From positions 3,328,001 to 3,392,000 of the forward strand of contig OZ244799.1 of NCBI GenBank assembly GCA_965219955.1: a DNA stretch of 64,000 nucleotides, in the 5' to 3' direction. The position numbers and the translations under genes are program-made. Shown here piece by piece: positions 21,696-30,900 of the stretch (positions are counted from its first letter, which is position 1; every line of letters starts with the position of its first letter). The stretch is from a bacterium. GTDB taxonomy: Bacteria; UBA8248. The notes beneath the pieces were generated by a model. The model ran no database searches and had not been told where the DNA came from. It was given only the letters and a program-made list of their open reading frames with translations.

Positions 21696-23977
21696 AAATC
21701 AAGGAACGGAAAACAGAAATGAAGCTGCGAGCCTGCATCATCGCCACCATCGGCATCCTTCTGCTCTCAACCAGCGCATGGTCCGCACCGAAAGCGCCGC
21801 CGCCGTCCACGAGCAAACCGGGCGCTGCGCGCGCCGTGAAGCCGCCGCTCGAAAACAAAGCCGCGCGCCCTGCCCTGCCCGCAAGGGTCGAAACACTCCT
21901 GGCGAAGGAGCGGCATGAGGAACTCATCCAATTGCTGCGCCGGGGAAAAGCAGACCTGGGCGGCAGGCGTTCTTTTTTGCTGGGACACGCCTACCTGAAA
22001 CTCGGGCAGTTTCGCCCGGCGGTCAAGGCGTTCCAAAAGGCGCTCAAGCAGATTCCCGCGCTCGAGAACTACTCGCTCCTGTTTCTGGCGAAAGCCGCGC
22101 TCGGAGCGAAGGATAACGCCATCGCCCGGCGCGCGCTCGAAAAACTCGTCAAAAAGGGAAAAAAAGCGCCCGAGCCTCCCTTCGTCTACAAGGAGTTGAT
22201 CCGCATTCTCCGGGAGGAGAAACAGCCCCTGCGCGCGGCGAAGATCGCCAAGCGCTACCTCCTCCTGTTTCCGAAAAGCTACGAGGCGCCCGATCTGCTG
22301 CTCAGGCGCGCCAAGGCGCTTCGCGCCGCGCGGCGAAACCGGCAGGCCGCGCTCGCCTTCCGGGAGTTGTGGCGGCGGCACCCCGAGCACCCCGCCGCAC
22401 GCCGGGCGCTGCGACGCTCGCTGAGAATCGGCGCCGCGCTCTCCCCGCCGCTCAAAAAACCGGGACCCAAGGCCCACTATGAACGCGCCCGGCTCCTCAG
22501 AAAGCGCTATCACTTCGAAAAGGCGTTGCGAAGTTTCCAGGACTTGAAGCGCCGGTTCCCGAAATTCTACTCCCACACCGGCTATCACAAGGGAGTCGTC
22601 TTCAACGAAGCGCTGACTCTCTTCTCCCTGCGCCAAACGAAACAGGCGGATCCCGCCCTCAGGCACGCCATCAGACACTACGCCGCAGGCAGCGCCAGGC
22701 GCGCGGAGGCGCGTTATTTCCTGGCCAGAAACCACCTGCGCAAAAGGAATCAACCCGCCTTCGAAAAACAGGCGCATCGCCTGCTCAAGGAGACGCAAAA
22801 GGGGAAATGGGCGGCGAAGACGCGCTACCTGCTCGCCCGCGTATATGAGGACGACCGCAATTTCAAAAAATCCGCGCGCTATTACAAGGAGGTGATCTCC
22901 AGTCACCCGCGCTCCTCCCTGGCGCCCAAGGCGCTGTTCCAACTCGCCTGGCTCCGTTTCCAGTCCAAAGACTACCGGGGGGCGCACAAAGCATTCTCCA
23001 GGATGAGAGCCGTTTACCCCGAACACTGGCTGGTCTCATCCGCCACCTACTGGGCCGCCTTCTCGGCGGAAAGAACAGGGGACCGAAAGAGCGCCCTCGC
23101 CCATTACCGCGCCTGCGCCCGGGGTCACCGCCACCGCTATTACGGACAACTCGCCCTGCGGGCCATCGGCCGTCTTGCGCGCAGGGGAGATTCAGGCGCG
23201 CCGAAGCCGCCCCCTTTGAGAGAGTCCGGCTTCCGCAAGTCGCTGCGGCCACCGCCTAAAAGCGCACAGGTTCGAGAGGCGGCCGCGCTTCTCTCCTCCA
23301 TGGGTTTTCATGAACTCGCCGCCAAGGAGTACCGCCGCCTCGGCTCATCGCCTTATTCGCGCTACCAGGCGGCTCGCGCCTTCACGGCGGCGGGCCAGAG
23401 CCACCGCGCCATATACCTGATCAACGAATCTTTCTGGGATGCGGTGCGCGCGGGCGGAAGCGACCTGCCGAGGGAATTCTGGGAAACGGTATATCCGCTC
23501 GTCGTAAAACGCAGAGAACCCGGAGGGGCGAATCCCTATCTGGTGAACGCCGTCATCAGGGCCGAGAGCGCCTTCGACCACCGCGCTATCTCCCCCGCCG
23601 GCGCCCGGGGGCTGATGCAGCTCATGCCCGCGACCGGGCGCAGGCTTGCGAGGAAGCACAAAGTCCGCATCAAGTCCGTGAGCGACCTCTTCGACCCCGA
23701 GATCAACACCCGCCTGGGCGCGAGGCACCTCGGCGCGCTCATCCGCGAGTTCGGCGGCGCGCTCGTTCCCGCGATAGCGAGCTACAACGCGGGCCGCTTG
23801 CCCGTCAAAAGATGGTGGGAGGCCGGACGCAACAAGCCGATAGAAATCTTCATCGAGGAGATTCCCTACCAGGAGACGAAAAACTACGTCAAAAGAGTAT
23901 TGGGCTATTACCACGAATACAAAAGAATCTATGGGGAGACGAACCGCTCGAAACGGGGGGGAATGCCCCCCTCATGA
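21692..23977 (+). CDS. slt: Soluble lytic transglycosylase with TPR superhelix (Slt-like)
   Basis: Signal peptide, TPRs, VIRAESAF, GARGLMQLMP, SYNAG and IPYQETKNYV motifs. Confidence 0.9.
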   Translation: MKIKERKTEMKLRACIIATIGILLLSTSAWSAPKAPPPSTSKPGAARAVKPPLENKAARPALPARVETLLAKERHEELIQLLRRGKADLGGRRSFLLGHAYLKLGQFRPAVKAFQKALKQIPALENYSLLFLAKAALGAKDNAIARRALEKLVKKGKKAPEPPFVYKELIRILREEKQPLRAAKIAKRYLLLFPKSYEAPDLLLRRAKALRAARRNRQAALAFRELWRRHPEHPAARRALRRSLRIGAALSPPLKKPGPKAHYERARLLRKRYHFEKALRSFQDLKRRFPKFYSHTGYHKGVVFNEALTLFSLRQTKQADPALRHAIRHYAAGSARRAEARYFLARNHLRKRNQPAFEKQAHRLLKETQKGKWAAKTRYLLARVYEDDRNFKKSARYYKEVISSHPRSSLAPKALFQLAWLRFQSKDYRGAHKAFSRMRAVYPEHWLVSSATYWAAFSAERTGDRKSALAHYRACARGHRHRYYGQLALRAIGRLARRGDSGAPKPPPLRESGFRKSLRPPPKSAQVREAAALLSSMGFHELAAKEYRRLGSSPYSRYQAARAFTAAGQSHRAIYLINESFWDAVRAGGSDLPREFWETVYPLVVKRREPGGANPYLVNAVIRAESAFDHRAISPAGARGLMQLMPATGRRLARKHKVRIKSVSDLFDPEINTRLGARHLGALIREFGGALVPAIASYNAGRLPVKRWWEAGRNKPIEIFIEEIPYQETKNYVKRVLGYYHEYKRIYGETNRSKRGGMPPS

Positions 23978-25188
23978 GCAATCCCCGTCCTCTTCTGGCC
24001 ATCGGCCTGATGTCGGGAACCTCCGCCGATGGCGTGGACGCCGCCCTGGCGCGGATTCACCCGGGCGAACGTACACAAGTCGAAACCCTGGGCTTTCACG
24101 CCGCTCCCTACCCAGGGGACCTGAGAGAACGTCTTCTGCTCGCCGGGGGCGAGGGGGGCGCCCGGACGGACGAGATATGCTCCCTGCGCCGGGAGGTGGG
24201 TGAAGCGTTCGCCTCGGCTGCGCTTGAAGTCGCGTCACGAACCGGCGCCGAACTCGAGAAAATCGACTTCATCGGCAGCCACGGCCAGACGATCCGCCAT
24301 CTGCCCGAAGGCATGGAGGGCGAACGCGGGCCGCTGCTCCCCTCCACCTTCCAGATTGGCGATCCCGCCTTCATCGCCCAGCGCACGGGAATCACCTGCG
24401 TCAGCGATTTCAGAACGCGCGACGTGGCCGCAGGCGGCGCGGGCGCTCCCCTGACCCCCTGGGCGCACCGGGTTCTCTTCAGCCTGGAAAACGCCGCCTC
24501 CGCCTTCTTGAACCTGGGCGGCATCTCGAACATCACCTATCTCCCTCCTGCGGGAGAGGAGGGCGTCTTCGGCTTCGATTGCGGACCCGCGAACATGCCG
24601 CTGGACGCTCTCGCGGGGCGCATCACGAACGGGGAGAAAACCCACGACACCGGCGGCGAACTGGCGGCGGCGGGCCGCGTATGCCCCGATACCCTGGCCG
24701 AACTCCGCCGACACCCCTACCTGAAACGGAAACCACCCAAAAGCACGGGCAGGGAGATGTTCGGCGAAGCGTTCGTCGCTGAAACCCTGGAACGCACGAT
24801 CTCGCGCGGAGGCGGCGAAAAAGACGCCATCGCCACCCTCACCGCCTTTTCCGCGTCGTGCGTCGCGGATGCGATTCGGGATTTCTTTCCGGAGGATCCC
24901 CCGCTCTCCGAGGTGGTGATCGGCGGGGGCGGCGTCCACAACAATACCCTCATGCGCGGCCTGCGCGACGCCCTGGGCGATCTCTCCCTCGTCGGAAGCG
25001 ACGCGCGAGGCGTCTCGCCCGATGCGGTCGAAGCCGTCTGTTTCGCCCTGCTGGCGTGGGGCACGCTCACCGGAGGGACAAACAACCTGCCGGGCGTCAC
25101 CGGTGCGAAGGGGGAGGTATGCCTCGGGAACATCACGCCGGGGCGGAATTTCGCCTCCCTGATGAGGTGTTTTTACAACTCCGCGTGA
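23974..25188 (+). CDS. anmK: Anhydro-N-acetylmuramic acid kinase
   Basis: IGLMSGTSADGVDAAL, GSHGQT, NLGGISN, FDCGPAN and PPKSTGREMF motifs. Confidence 0.95.
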   Translation: MSNPRPLLAIGLMSGTSADGVDAALARIHPGERTQVETLGFHAAPYPGDLRERLLLAGGEGGARTDEICSLRREVGEAFASAALEVASRTGAELEKIDFIGSHGQTIRHLPEGMEGERGPLLPSTFQIGDPAFIAQRTGITCVSDFRTRDVAAGGAGAPLTPWAHRVLFSLENAASAFLNLGGISNITYLPPAGEEGVFGFDCGPANMPLDALAGRITNGEKTHDTGGELAAAGRVCPDTLAELRRHPYLKRKPPKSTGREMFGEAFVAETLERTISRGGGEKDAIATLTAFSASCVADAIRDFFPEDPPLSEVVIGGGGVHNNTLMRGLRDALGDLSLVGSDARGVSPDAVEAVCFALLAWGTLTGGTNNLPGVTGAKGEVCLGNITPGRNFASLMRCFYNSA

Positions 25189-25216
25189 GACCGAACATAC
25201 ACAAACGGCCCTGAAA

Positions 25217-25698
25217 GGGTTTGTTGAAAAAGCCCTCTCAAGCGGTGGGGGGTGCGATGGTTTTGTAGGGACAGGCCTCCGTGCCTGTCCTGCCTTCCAT
25301 GGTTGTCTTTCGTCAGGACAGGCACGGAGGCCTGTCCCTACGGTAAACAATTCGATGATCGGGATGCCCTCCCTTCCTCGGGAGGACTTTTGGGGCAGCC
25401 CCGACAAGGGGGGAGTGATTCCTCTCTCCTCGGGGTTTTTGGGCAGCCCCTTGTCAGGGGGGCAAGATAAGAAAAAGGCCCCCCTGTTAAGGGGGGTTGG
25501 GGGGTTTCGGCAAGGCGGACCCCGGAAAGGCAACCCCCCCTACCCCCCCTTGTCAGGGGGGTCTTTTTGTTGCTCCCCCCTTTCGGGGGGACCTTTTTTT
25601 TATATTCCCCACCGTGGTGGAGGGGTTGCCTTTTTTACCCCCCTGACAAGGGGGGGTAGGGGGGGTTGCTCCTTTGAGGAGGGGTTTTTCAACAGCCC
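25217..25698. repeat. Mosaic of REP-like palindromes enclosed by IS-like terminal inverted repeats
   Basis: Left end GGGTTTGTTGAAAAAG and right end TTTTTCAACAGCCC. GTAG-type REP pair at 25265-25341. Inverted pair GCAACCCCCCTACCCCCCTTGTCAGGGG at ~25530-25560 and ~25638-25669. Confidence 0.8.
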
Positions 25699-25748
25699 CG
25701 GAATGCGGCATCATGCCCTCCCGACTCTCAAACCTCAGGAGATAAAAC

Positions 25749-26936
25749 GTGGATGCCGCCATCGAGGCGCAAGCCGTCTCACTCACCAAAGAGCTTATTG
25801 CGATTCCCAGTGAAAATCCCACGGGCGATGAGTTCGCCATGGCGGACAGGATGGAGGCCTTTTTCCGGGGCATCGGCCTCGAGGTTATGCGCGAGCGCGT
25901 CGCCGAAAGGCGGGAGAACGTAACGGCGGAGATTACCGGCGCGGGGGGCGGCCCCGCTCTCGTCTTTCTCAATCACATGGATACCGTGCCTGCGGGCGAG
26001 GGGTGGTCGCGCGATCCGTTTCTCGCCGCGGAAGAAGACGGGAAAATCTGGGGCCGGGGAAGCTGCGATATGAAAGGCGGCATCTCCGCCAGCCTCGCAG
26101 CGATGGAGAGCCTGAAGCGCCGAATCGACGGCGGCGCAAAGGCAAGGGGCACGGTTCGCTGCTGCATGGTGGTGGATGAGGAAAGCGGCTGCATGACCGG
26201 CACAGAGGCGGCCATCGCGAGCGGACACATCCATGCTGATGACGTCGTGATCTCCTGCGAGCCGACCGAACTCGCCCTGGTGACGGCGCAAAAAGGCGCC
26301 ATGTGGTTCGAACTCGCCTTCAGTGGAAAGAGCGCCCACGCCGCGACGCCCCACATGGGCGCGGACGCGATTCACGCCGCATCCCACGCCGTGGTGGCGC
26401 TGCAGGAAGCGGTGGCGCAACTCCACCACGAAGACCCTCTGCTGGGACGATGCACCATGATCACCAGCATCATCGAGGGAGGCCACAAAACCAACGTGGT
26501 CTCCGAGAGATGCGTGATGCAGATAGACTCCCGTTTCGTTCCACCCCTGCGGACGGGGGACATCCAGCAGATCATTCACGAGAAAGCCGCCCTGGCCTGC
26601 GACCGGGTGAGCGGGGTCGAATTCTCCCTGCGCGCCACGATTGCGGACCGCCCGCCCGTGACGGCGGACACCGACAGCGCGGGAGCGAGGCTCATTTTCG
26701 AGACTTTGAAGGAAATCCTGGGCGCAGAGCCTAAGCCCGCGGGGGTGAGCTATTATTCGGACGCGGGCATGGCCGCGGCCCAGACCGGAAGCCGAAACTG
26801 CTTTCTCCTGGGACCTGGAAACATCGAACAAGCCCACACGCCCGACGAGTTCATCGAGGTCGATTCGCTGAAAAAAGCCGCGCGCCTCTACGGCAGGCTG
26901 CTCGAGAAATTCGCGCTGGACGAAGACTCGCCGTAA
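25749..26936 (+). CDS. M20 ArgE/DapE family deacylase
   Basis: NHMDTVP, GRGSCDMKGG, VDEE, CEPT, GKSAHA and AHTPDE motifs. Confidence 0.9.
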   Translation: MDAAIEAQAVSLTKELIAIPSENPTGDEFAMADRMEAFFRGIGLEVMRERVAERRENVTAEITGAGGGPALVFLNHMDTVPAGEGWSRDPFLAAEEDGKIWGRGSCDMKGGISASLAAMESLKRRIDGGAKARGTVRCCMVVDEESGCMTGTEAAIASGHIHADDVVISCEPTELALVTAQKGAMWFELAFSGKSAHAATPHMGADAIHAASHAVVALQEAVAQLHHEDPLLGRCTMITSIIEGGHKTNVVSERCVMQIDSRFVPPLRTGDIQQIIHEKAALACDRVSGVEFSLRATIADRPPVTADTDSAGARLIFETLKEILGAEPKPAGVSYYSDAGMAAAQTGSRNCFLLGPGNIEQAHTPDEFIEVDSLKKAARLYGRLLEKFALDEDSP

Positions 26937-26945
26937 ATTTCGCCA

Positions 26946-29231
26946 TCACTCACCGGCGCGCTTGTCCAGCGCCCGGAGCATCTCCGTGACGCTTTCGAGC
27001 GCTTCCGCCGCGCCGAGTTCCTGGAACATCCGGCGCGCCTCGGTCAGACACTCGCGCGAGGCCTCCCACTCCCGACCCTCGAAATGCACCCGGCCCAGGC
27101 TTCCGAGCGCAACCCCCTGGGCGAGAACGCTCCCTTGCTCGCGGTTGATCTCCAGGGCCGCCTCATACGCCTCGCGCGCTTCGGGCAAATCGCCCCGCGC
27201 GTAGTGAATGTTCCCCATGCCGCTCAGGTTCGCCGCCTCGCCTCTTCTGTTTTCCAGTCCGCGATTCAGGCGCAGGGCGTTCTCGTAATACCGAAGCGCG
27301 CGCGTAAATTGCTCCTGCGCCGCAAAGCTCACCCCCATCTGACCGTACACCAGGGCTTCACACGCCTTGTCCCCGATTTTCTGGCAAAGGCTCAGGGCCT
27401 CATCCAGACTCACCTGCGCCGCTTCGTATTCGCCCGTCTCGCTCAGGACGGAGGCCAGCGCGGTATGCGCCCGCGCCTCGTTGCGCCTGTCTCCCAATCT
27501 GTGGAACAGGTGCGCCGCCTCGGAAAGATGCTCCCTGGCTTTTTCCTTTTCCCCCAGACGACGGAACAACCGGCCGACCCGCATGCGCAAGATGGAGAGT
27601 TGTTCAAGCTCACCCTGCGGCCCGATATAGCCGAGCGCCTTCTCATAGGATTCCGCCGCCTTTTCGTCATCGCCCCTTTGCTGGTAGAAATACCCCAGAT
27701 TCCTGGAGACCACCGCCTGCATCGGAACGTCCCGGCCCGCTTCGCGGAAAGCCTCGCGAGAATAGGAAATCGCAGGCTCCACTTTCTCCCGCATGTAGGA
27801 AGCCACGGCCAGCGCGTTGAGAATGGGCGCGAGCCGACTCGTGCGGCGCAGCGATTCCTTGAGGTGCTCCGTCGCATCCTCAACGCGCCCCAGAATCATC
27901 TCCAGAATGGCCAGACGCAGATATTCCTCGGCCGCGGGCGACTGCCGGGCTCTCTCGCGCTGGCCGAGATCGATGCCGGCGGCATTTACCACGCCCGGGG
28001 CCCAGGCGGGAAGTTTCTGCTCCATGTTTTCCGCCAGAAGCAGATCTTCCGGACAAATATCCGCCACGAGTTCGCGTATCAATTCAGAGGGCGTGTTCGC
28101 CGGAGGCTCATGCGAGGCGGCTGTTGGCGGAGCGGAGCCGGAGACGAGTTGCTCCACGTCATCTTCCAACGGAAAATCAAACGCATCGGCGTCTTCTTCT
28201 ACCTCGATTTGCTCATGCGTGACGTCGCTTTGCGTAAAAGCGTCCTCCTCTGCGCGCTCGCGCTGAATGAGGGAGATAATGTCTTCCTCGGCAGCGGGTT
28301 CCTGTGCGGCTTTCTCTTCCGGATCCGGCGGCGATTCCGGCGCGGCTCCCACGACCTCATCGTCCACATCCGCCCGCTCCTCAAGCGTGGGTTCCGGGGG
28401 AGCATCCATCACGCCTTCGCCCTCACGCGTGAGACGAAACACCTCCGCGCCTTCTTCCTCATCACCAGGCGCATCATCGCCGGAAACCGCATCATCGCGA
28501 ACCTCGCTCACGGCGGGAATCCGCACGCGCAGGGGAGCGTCCGCGCCTTCGCTCGTTTCGGAGATTCCCGGGTCTCCCCCTTCATCGGCGAGAACTTCTC
28601 CCACCGTGATCTGCGTTTCGCTGTCGAGTCCGCCGGCCGCCGGGGTATCTTCCGTCGGCTGATGAGAAGGCTCGTCTTCCACCGTAAACCCGGGCGGCTC
28701 AACCAGGCCGGCCTCCGGCAGTTCATCCGACGCGCGGCGGTGTTCCGCACCCTCGAGCGCGGGCAAACCGTCCCACCAGGAAACACCCGGTTCTGCGGCA
28801 GGCGCGTCATCCCCGTGAAGCGCAGGCTCTTCGTCATATTCCGGAAGAGACTCGCCTTCGGTGGGGAGAACCTGATCCTCCGGGAGAACCTCGCGACTCT
28901 CCTCCCCGATGACCCGCACGCCTTCTTCCACGTCATCCAGCGATTCCGGGGAATCCCCGGTTACCTCACGGACGGTTCCGCCCTGCACCGTTTCTCGTTG
29001 ATCCTCGTCGACGTCAGGAATGAAATCGTCGATGAACCGCGAGGAAACATCCTCCCAGACGTCAGGCGCTCTGCCCCCGGACCCGCCTTCCGAAACGCCG
29101 TCCCATCCACGCGCCGAACCCCTTGCGCGACCCGAGGCGCGGCGGCGCATCCACAAAACAACGGGGATGCCCAGAAGGGCGAGCACACCCGCTGCGCCGA
29201 ACACCGTCTTCCAGACAGCCATCTCAAACAT
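26946..29231 (-). CDS. Membrane-anchored protein with a long acidic low-complexity region and C-terminal TPR repeats
   Basis: N-terminal TM followed by RRR, an E/D/P-rich linker, then TPR_12-type repeats (GEAANLSGMGNIHY). Confidence 0.8.
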   Translation of the reverse strand: MFEMAVWKTVFGAAGVLALLGIPVVLWMRRRASGRARGSARGWDGVSEGGSGGRAPDVWEDVSSRFIDDFIPDVDEDQRETVQGGTVREVTGDSPESLDDVEEGVRVIGEESREVLPEDQVLPTEGESLPEYDEEPALHGDDAPAAEPGVSWWDGLPALEGAEHRRASDELPEAGLVEPPGFTVEDEPSHQPTEDTPAAGGLDSETQITVGEVLADEGGDPGISETSEGADAPLRVRIPAVSEVRDDAVSGDDAPGDEEEGAEVFRLTREGEGVMDAPPEPTLEERADVDDEVVGAAPESPPDPEEKAAQEPAAEEDIISLIQRERAEEDAFTQSDVTHEQIEVEEDADAFDFPLEDDVEQLVSGSAPPTAASHEPPANTPSELIRELVADICPEDLLLAENMEQKLPAWAPGVVNAAGIDLGQRERARQSPAAEEYLRLAILEMILGRVEDATEHLKESLRRTSRLAPILNALAVASYMREKVEPAISYSREAFREAGRDVPMQAVVSRNLGYFYQQRGDDEKAAESYEKALGYIGPQGELEQLSILRMRVGRLFRRLGEKEKAREHLSEAAHLFHRLGDRRNEARAHTALASVLSETGEYEAAQVSLDEALSLCQKIGDKACEALVYGQMGVSFAAQEQFTRALRYYENALRLNRGLENRRGEAANLSGMGNIHYARGDLPEAREAYEAALEINREQGSVLAQGVALGSLGRVHFEGREWEASRECLTEARRMFQELGAAEALESVTEMLRALDKRAGE

Positions 29232-30831
29232 TCGCCGTCTCCCGCCGCGGGAGTTTGCGCAGGGCGCGCCCGGGACGCACACCCGTATGACCTCCACCCT
29301 CCACGACGACCTCTCCGTTCACCAGAACCATCTCGATTCCCGAGGGGTATGCAATGGGACGCTCGTAGGTGCACTCATCACGTATCTCGTCGGGGTCGAA
29401 CAACACGAGGTCGGCCTTCATCCCGGCCGCAAGACGCCCCCGATCCGCTATACCGAGCCGGTCGCATGGAGCGGAGGTCATCTTCCGGATCGCCTCGGCC
29501 ACCGGGAACAGGCCCTCGTCCCGCGCCAGCGCGCCCAGGACGAAGGGAAAGGTTCCGAAATTTCTCGGGTGAGGCCTGCCCGCGCCCAGGGGTGGTTCGT
29601 GCGTGAGCGCGCCCGCGTCCGAACCCACCATGACGTAGGGTTTCTGGAGAATGCGGCGCATGTTCCCGGCGCTCATCATGAAAATGAGAATCTCGACGTT
29701 CATCCTCTCCTCGACAAGCAAGTCGAGCATCGCATCCACGGGAGCCATGCCCCGGGTCTCGCCCAGGCGAGTGAGGGTGAGGCCCTCGCAGGGCCGGTTC
29801 GCCTCCGTGAAGACCCGGCTGATCAGGATGTTCTCCCAATAGGAAGATTCGGGGTGCGCTCGTGTGATTTCGTCCCGAATCTTCGCCCTGGTGTCCGGGT
29901 TCGCGAGGCGCTCCACCTTCTCATCAAGTGCGCCGTCATGCGCCCAATCGGGCAACAATGCGCTCAGGTGGGTGTTCGAGGCCGTGTATGGATAGCGATC
30001 GCAGGTCACGTCCTCGCCCCTCTCGCGCGCATGCTCGATGCGGGCGAATGCTTCGTCGAGCTTGTCCCAATTGCGCTCGCCCGCCGTTTTCAAATGGCTG
30101 ATCTGAAGCGGCAGCTTCGCCGATGCGGCAGCGCTCATCACCTCGTCCATCGCTTCGAGCAAACCGTCTCCCTCGCTGCGCATGTGGGTGGCCAGCAGCC
30201 CCCCGCATCGCGCCGAGACCCGGCAAAGCGCCGTGAGTTCCTCCTTGTCCGCGAAACAGGCCGGCGCATACACCAATCCGGTGGAGAGGCCGAAAGCCCC
30301 CTCCTCCATCCCGGCGGAGAGCATCTCCTCCATTGCGGCGAGTTCCTCCGCGCGGGCCGGGCGCGCTTCGCCTCCCATCACGCTCGCGCGAATCGTGTTG
30401 TGTCCCGCCAGATGCGCGTAGTTGATCGATACGCCCACCGCGTCCACGTGATCGAGGTGCTCGCCTACGCCCTGAAACGGGAGGTCCAGGTCGAATTGCT
30501 CCCGGTACCATTTCCTGCGCTCCCCGGCCTCGGCCCCGCGAATCGGGGAGGCGGCGTAACCGCAGTTGCCTCCCACGTCGGTCGTCACCCCCTGGCGGAC
30601 CTTTGCATGCGCCTCGGGATTGATGAGGAGGTAATAATCCGAGTGACCATGGATATCGACGAACCCGGGGCTCACGGCCAGACCCCGCGCGTCGACTTCT
30701 CGCCGGGCGGAGCCGCTCACTCCGGGCCCTACCTCCGCAATGGTGTCTCCGCGAACGGCGAGCGCACCTTCATACGGAGGGTCGCCCAAGCCGTTGAATA
30801 TCATGGCATGGTGAAATATGACGTCATACAT
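29224..30831 (-). CDS. N-acyl-D-amino-acid deacylase (D-aminoacylase) family
   Basis: PGFVDIHGHSD, GGNCG, GLSTGLVY, HMRSE, ISHLK and HPRNFGTF motifs. Confidence 0.92.
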   Translation of the reverse strand: MYDVIFHHAMIFNGLGDPPYEGALAVRGDTIAEVGPGVSGSARREVDARGLAVSPGFVDIHGHSDYYLLINPEAHAKVRQGVTTDVGGNCGYAASPIRGAEAGERRKWYREQFDLDLPFQGVGEHLDHVDAVGVSINYAHLAGHNTIRASVMGGEARPARAEELAAMEEMLSAGMEEGAFGLSTGLVYAPACFADKEELTALCRVSARCGGLLATHMRSEGDGLLEAMDEVMSAAASAKLPLQISHLKTAGERNWDKLDEAFARIEHARERGEDVTCDRYPYTASNTHLSALLPDWAHDGALDEKVERLANPDTRAKIRDEITRAHPESSYWENILISRVFTEANRPCEGLTLTRLGETRGMAPVDAMLDLLVEERMNVEILIFMMSAGNMRRILQKPYVMVGSDAGALTHEPPLGAGRPHPRNFGTFPFVLGALARDEGLFPVAEAIRKMTSAPCDRLGIADRGRLAAGMKADLVLFDPDEIRDECTYERPIAYPSGIEMVLVNGEVVVEGGGHTGVRPGRALRKLPRRETANV

Positions 30832-30900
30832 CGTGGACTGCCCGGGGCGGATTCTGCTCGACCGTCGAGCATAGCAGGAAAGCGAATTATGGGCGAATCT

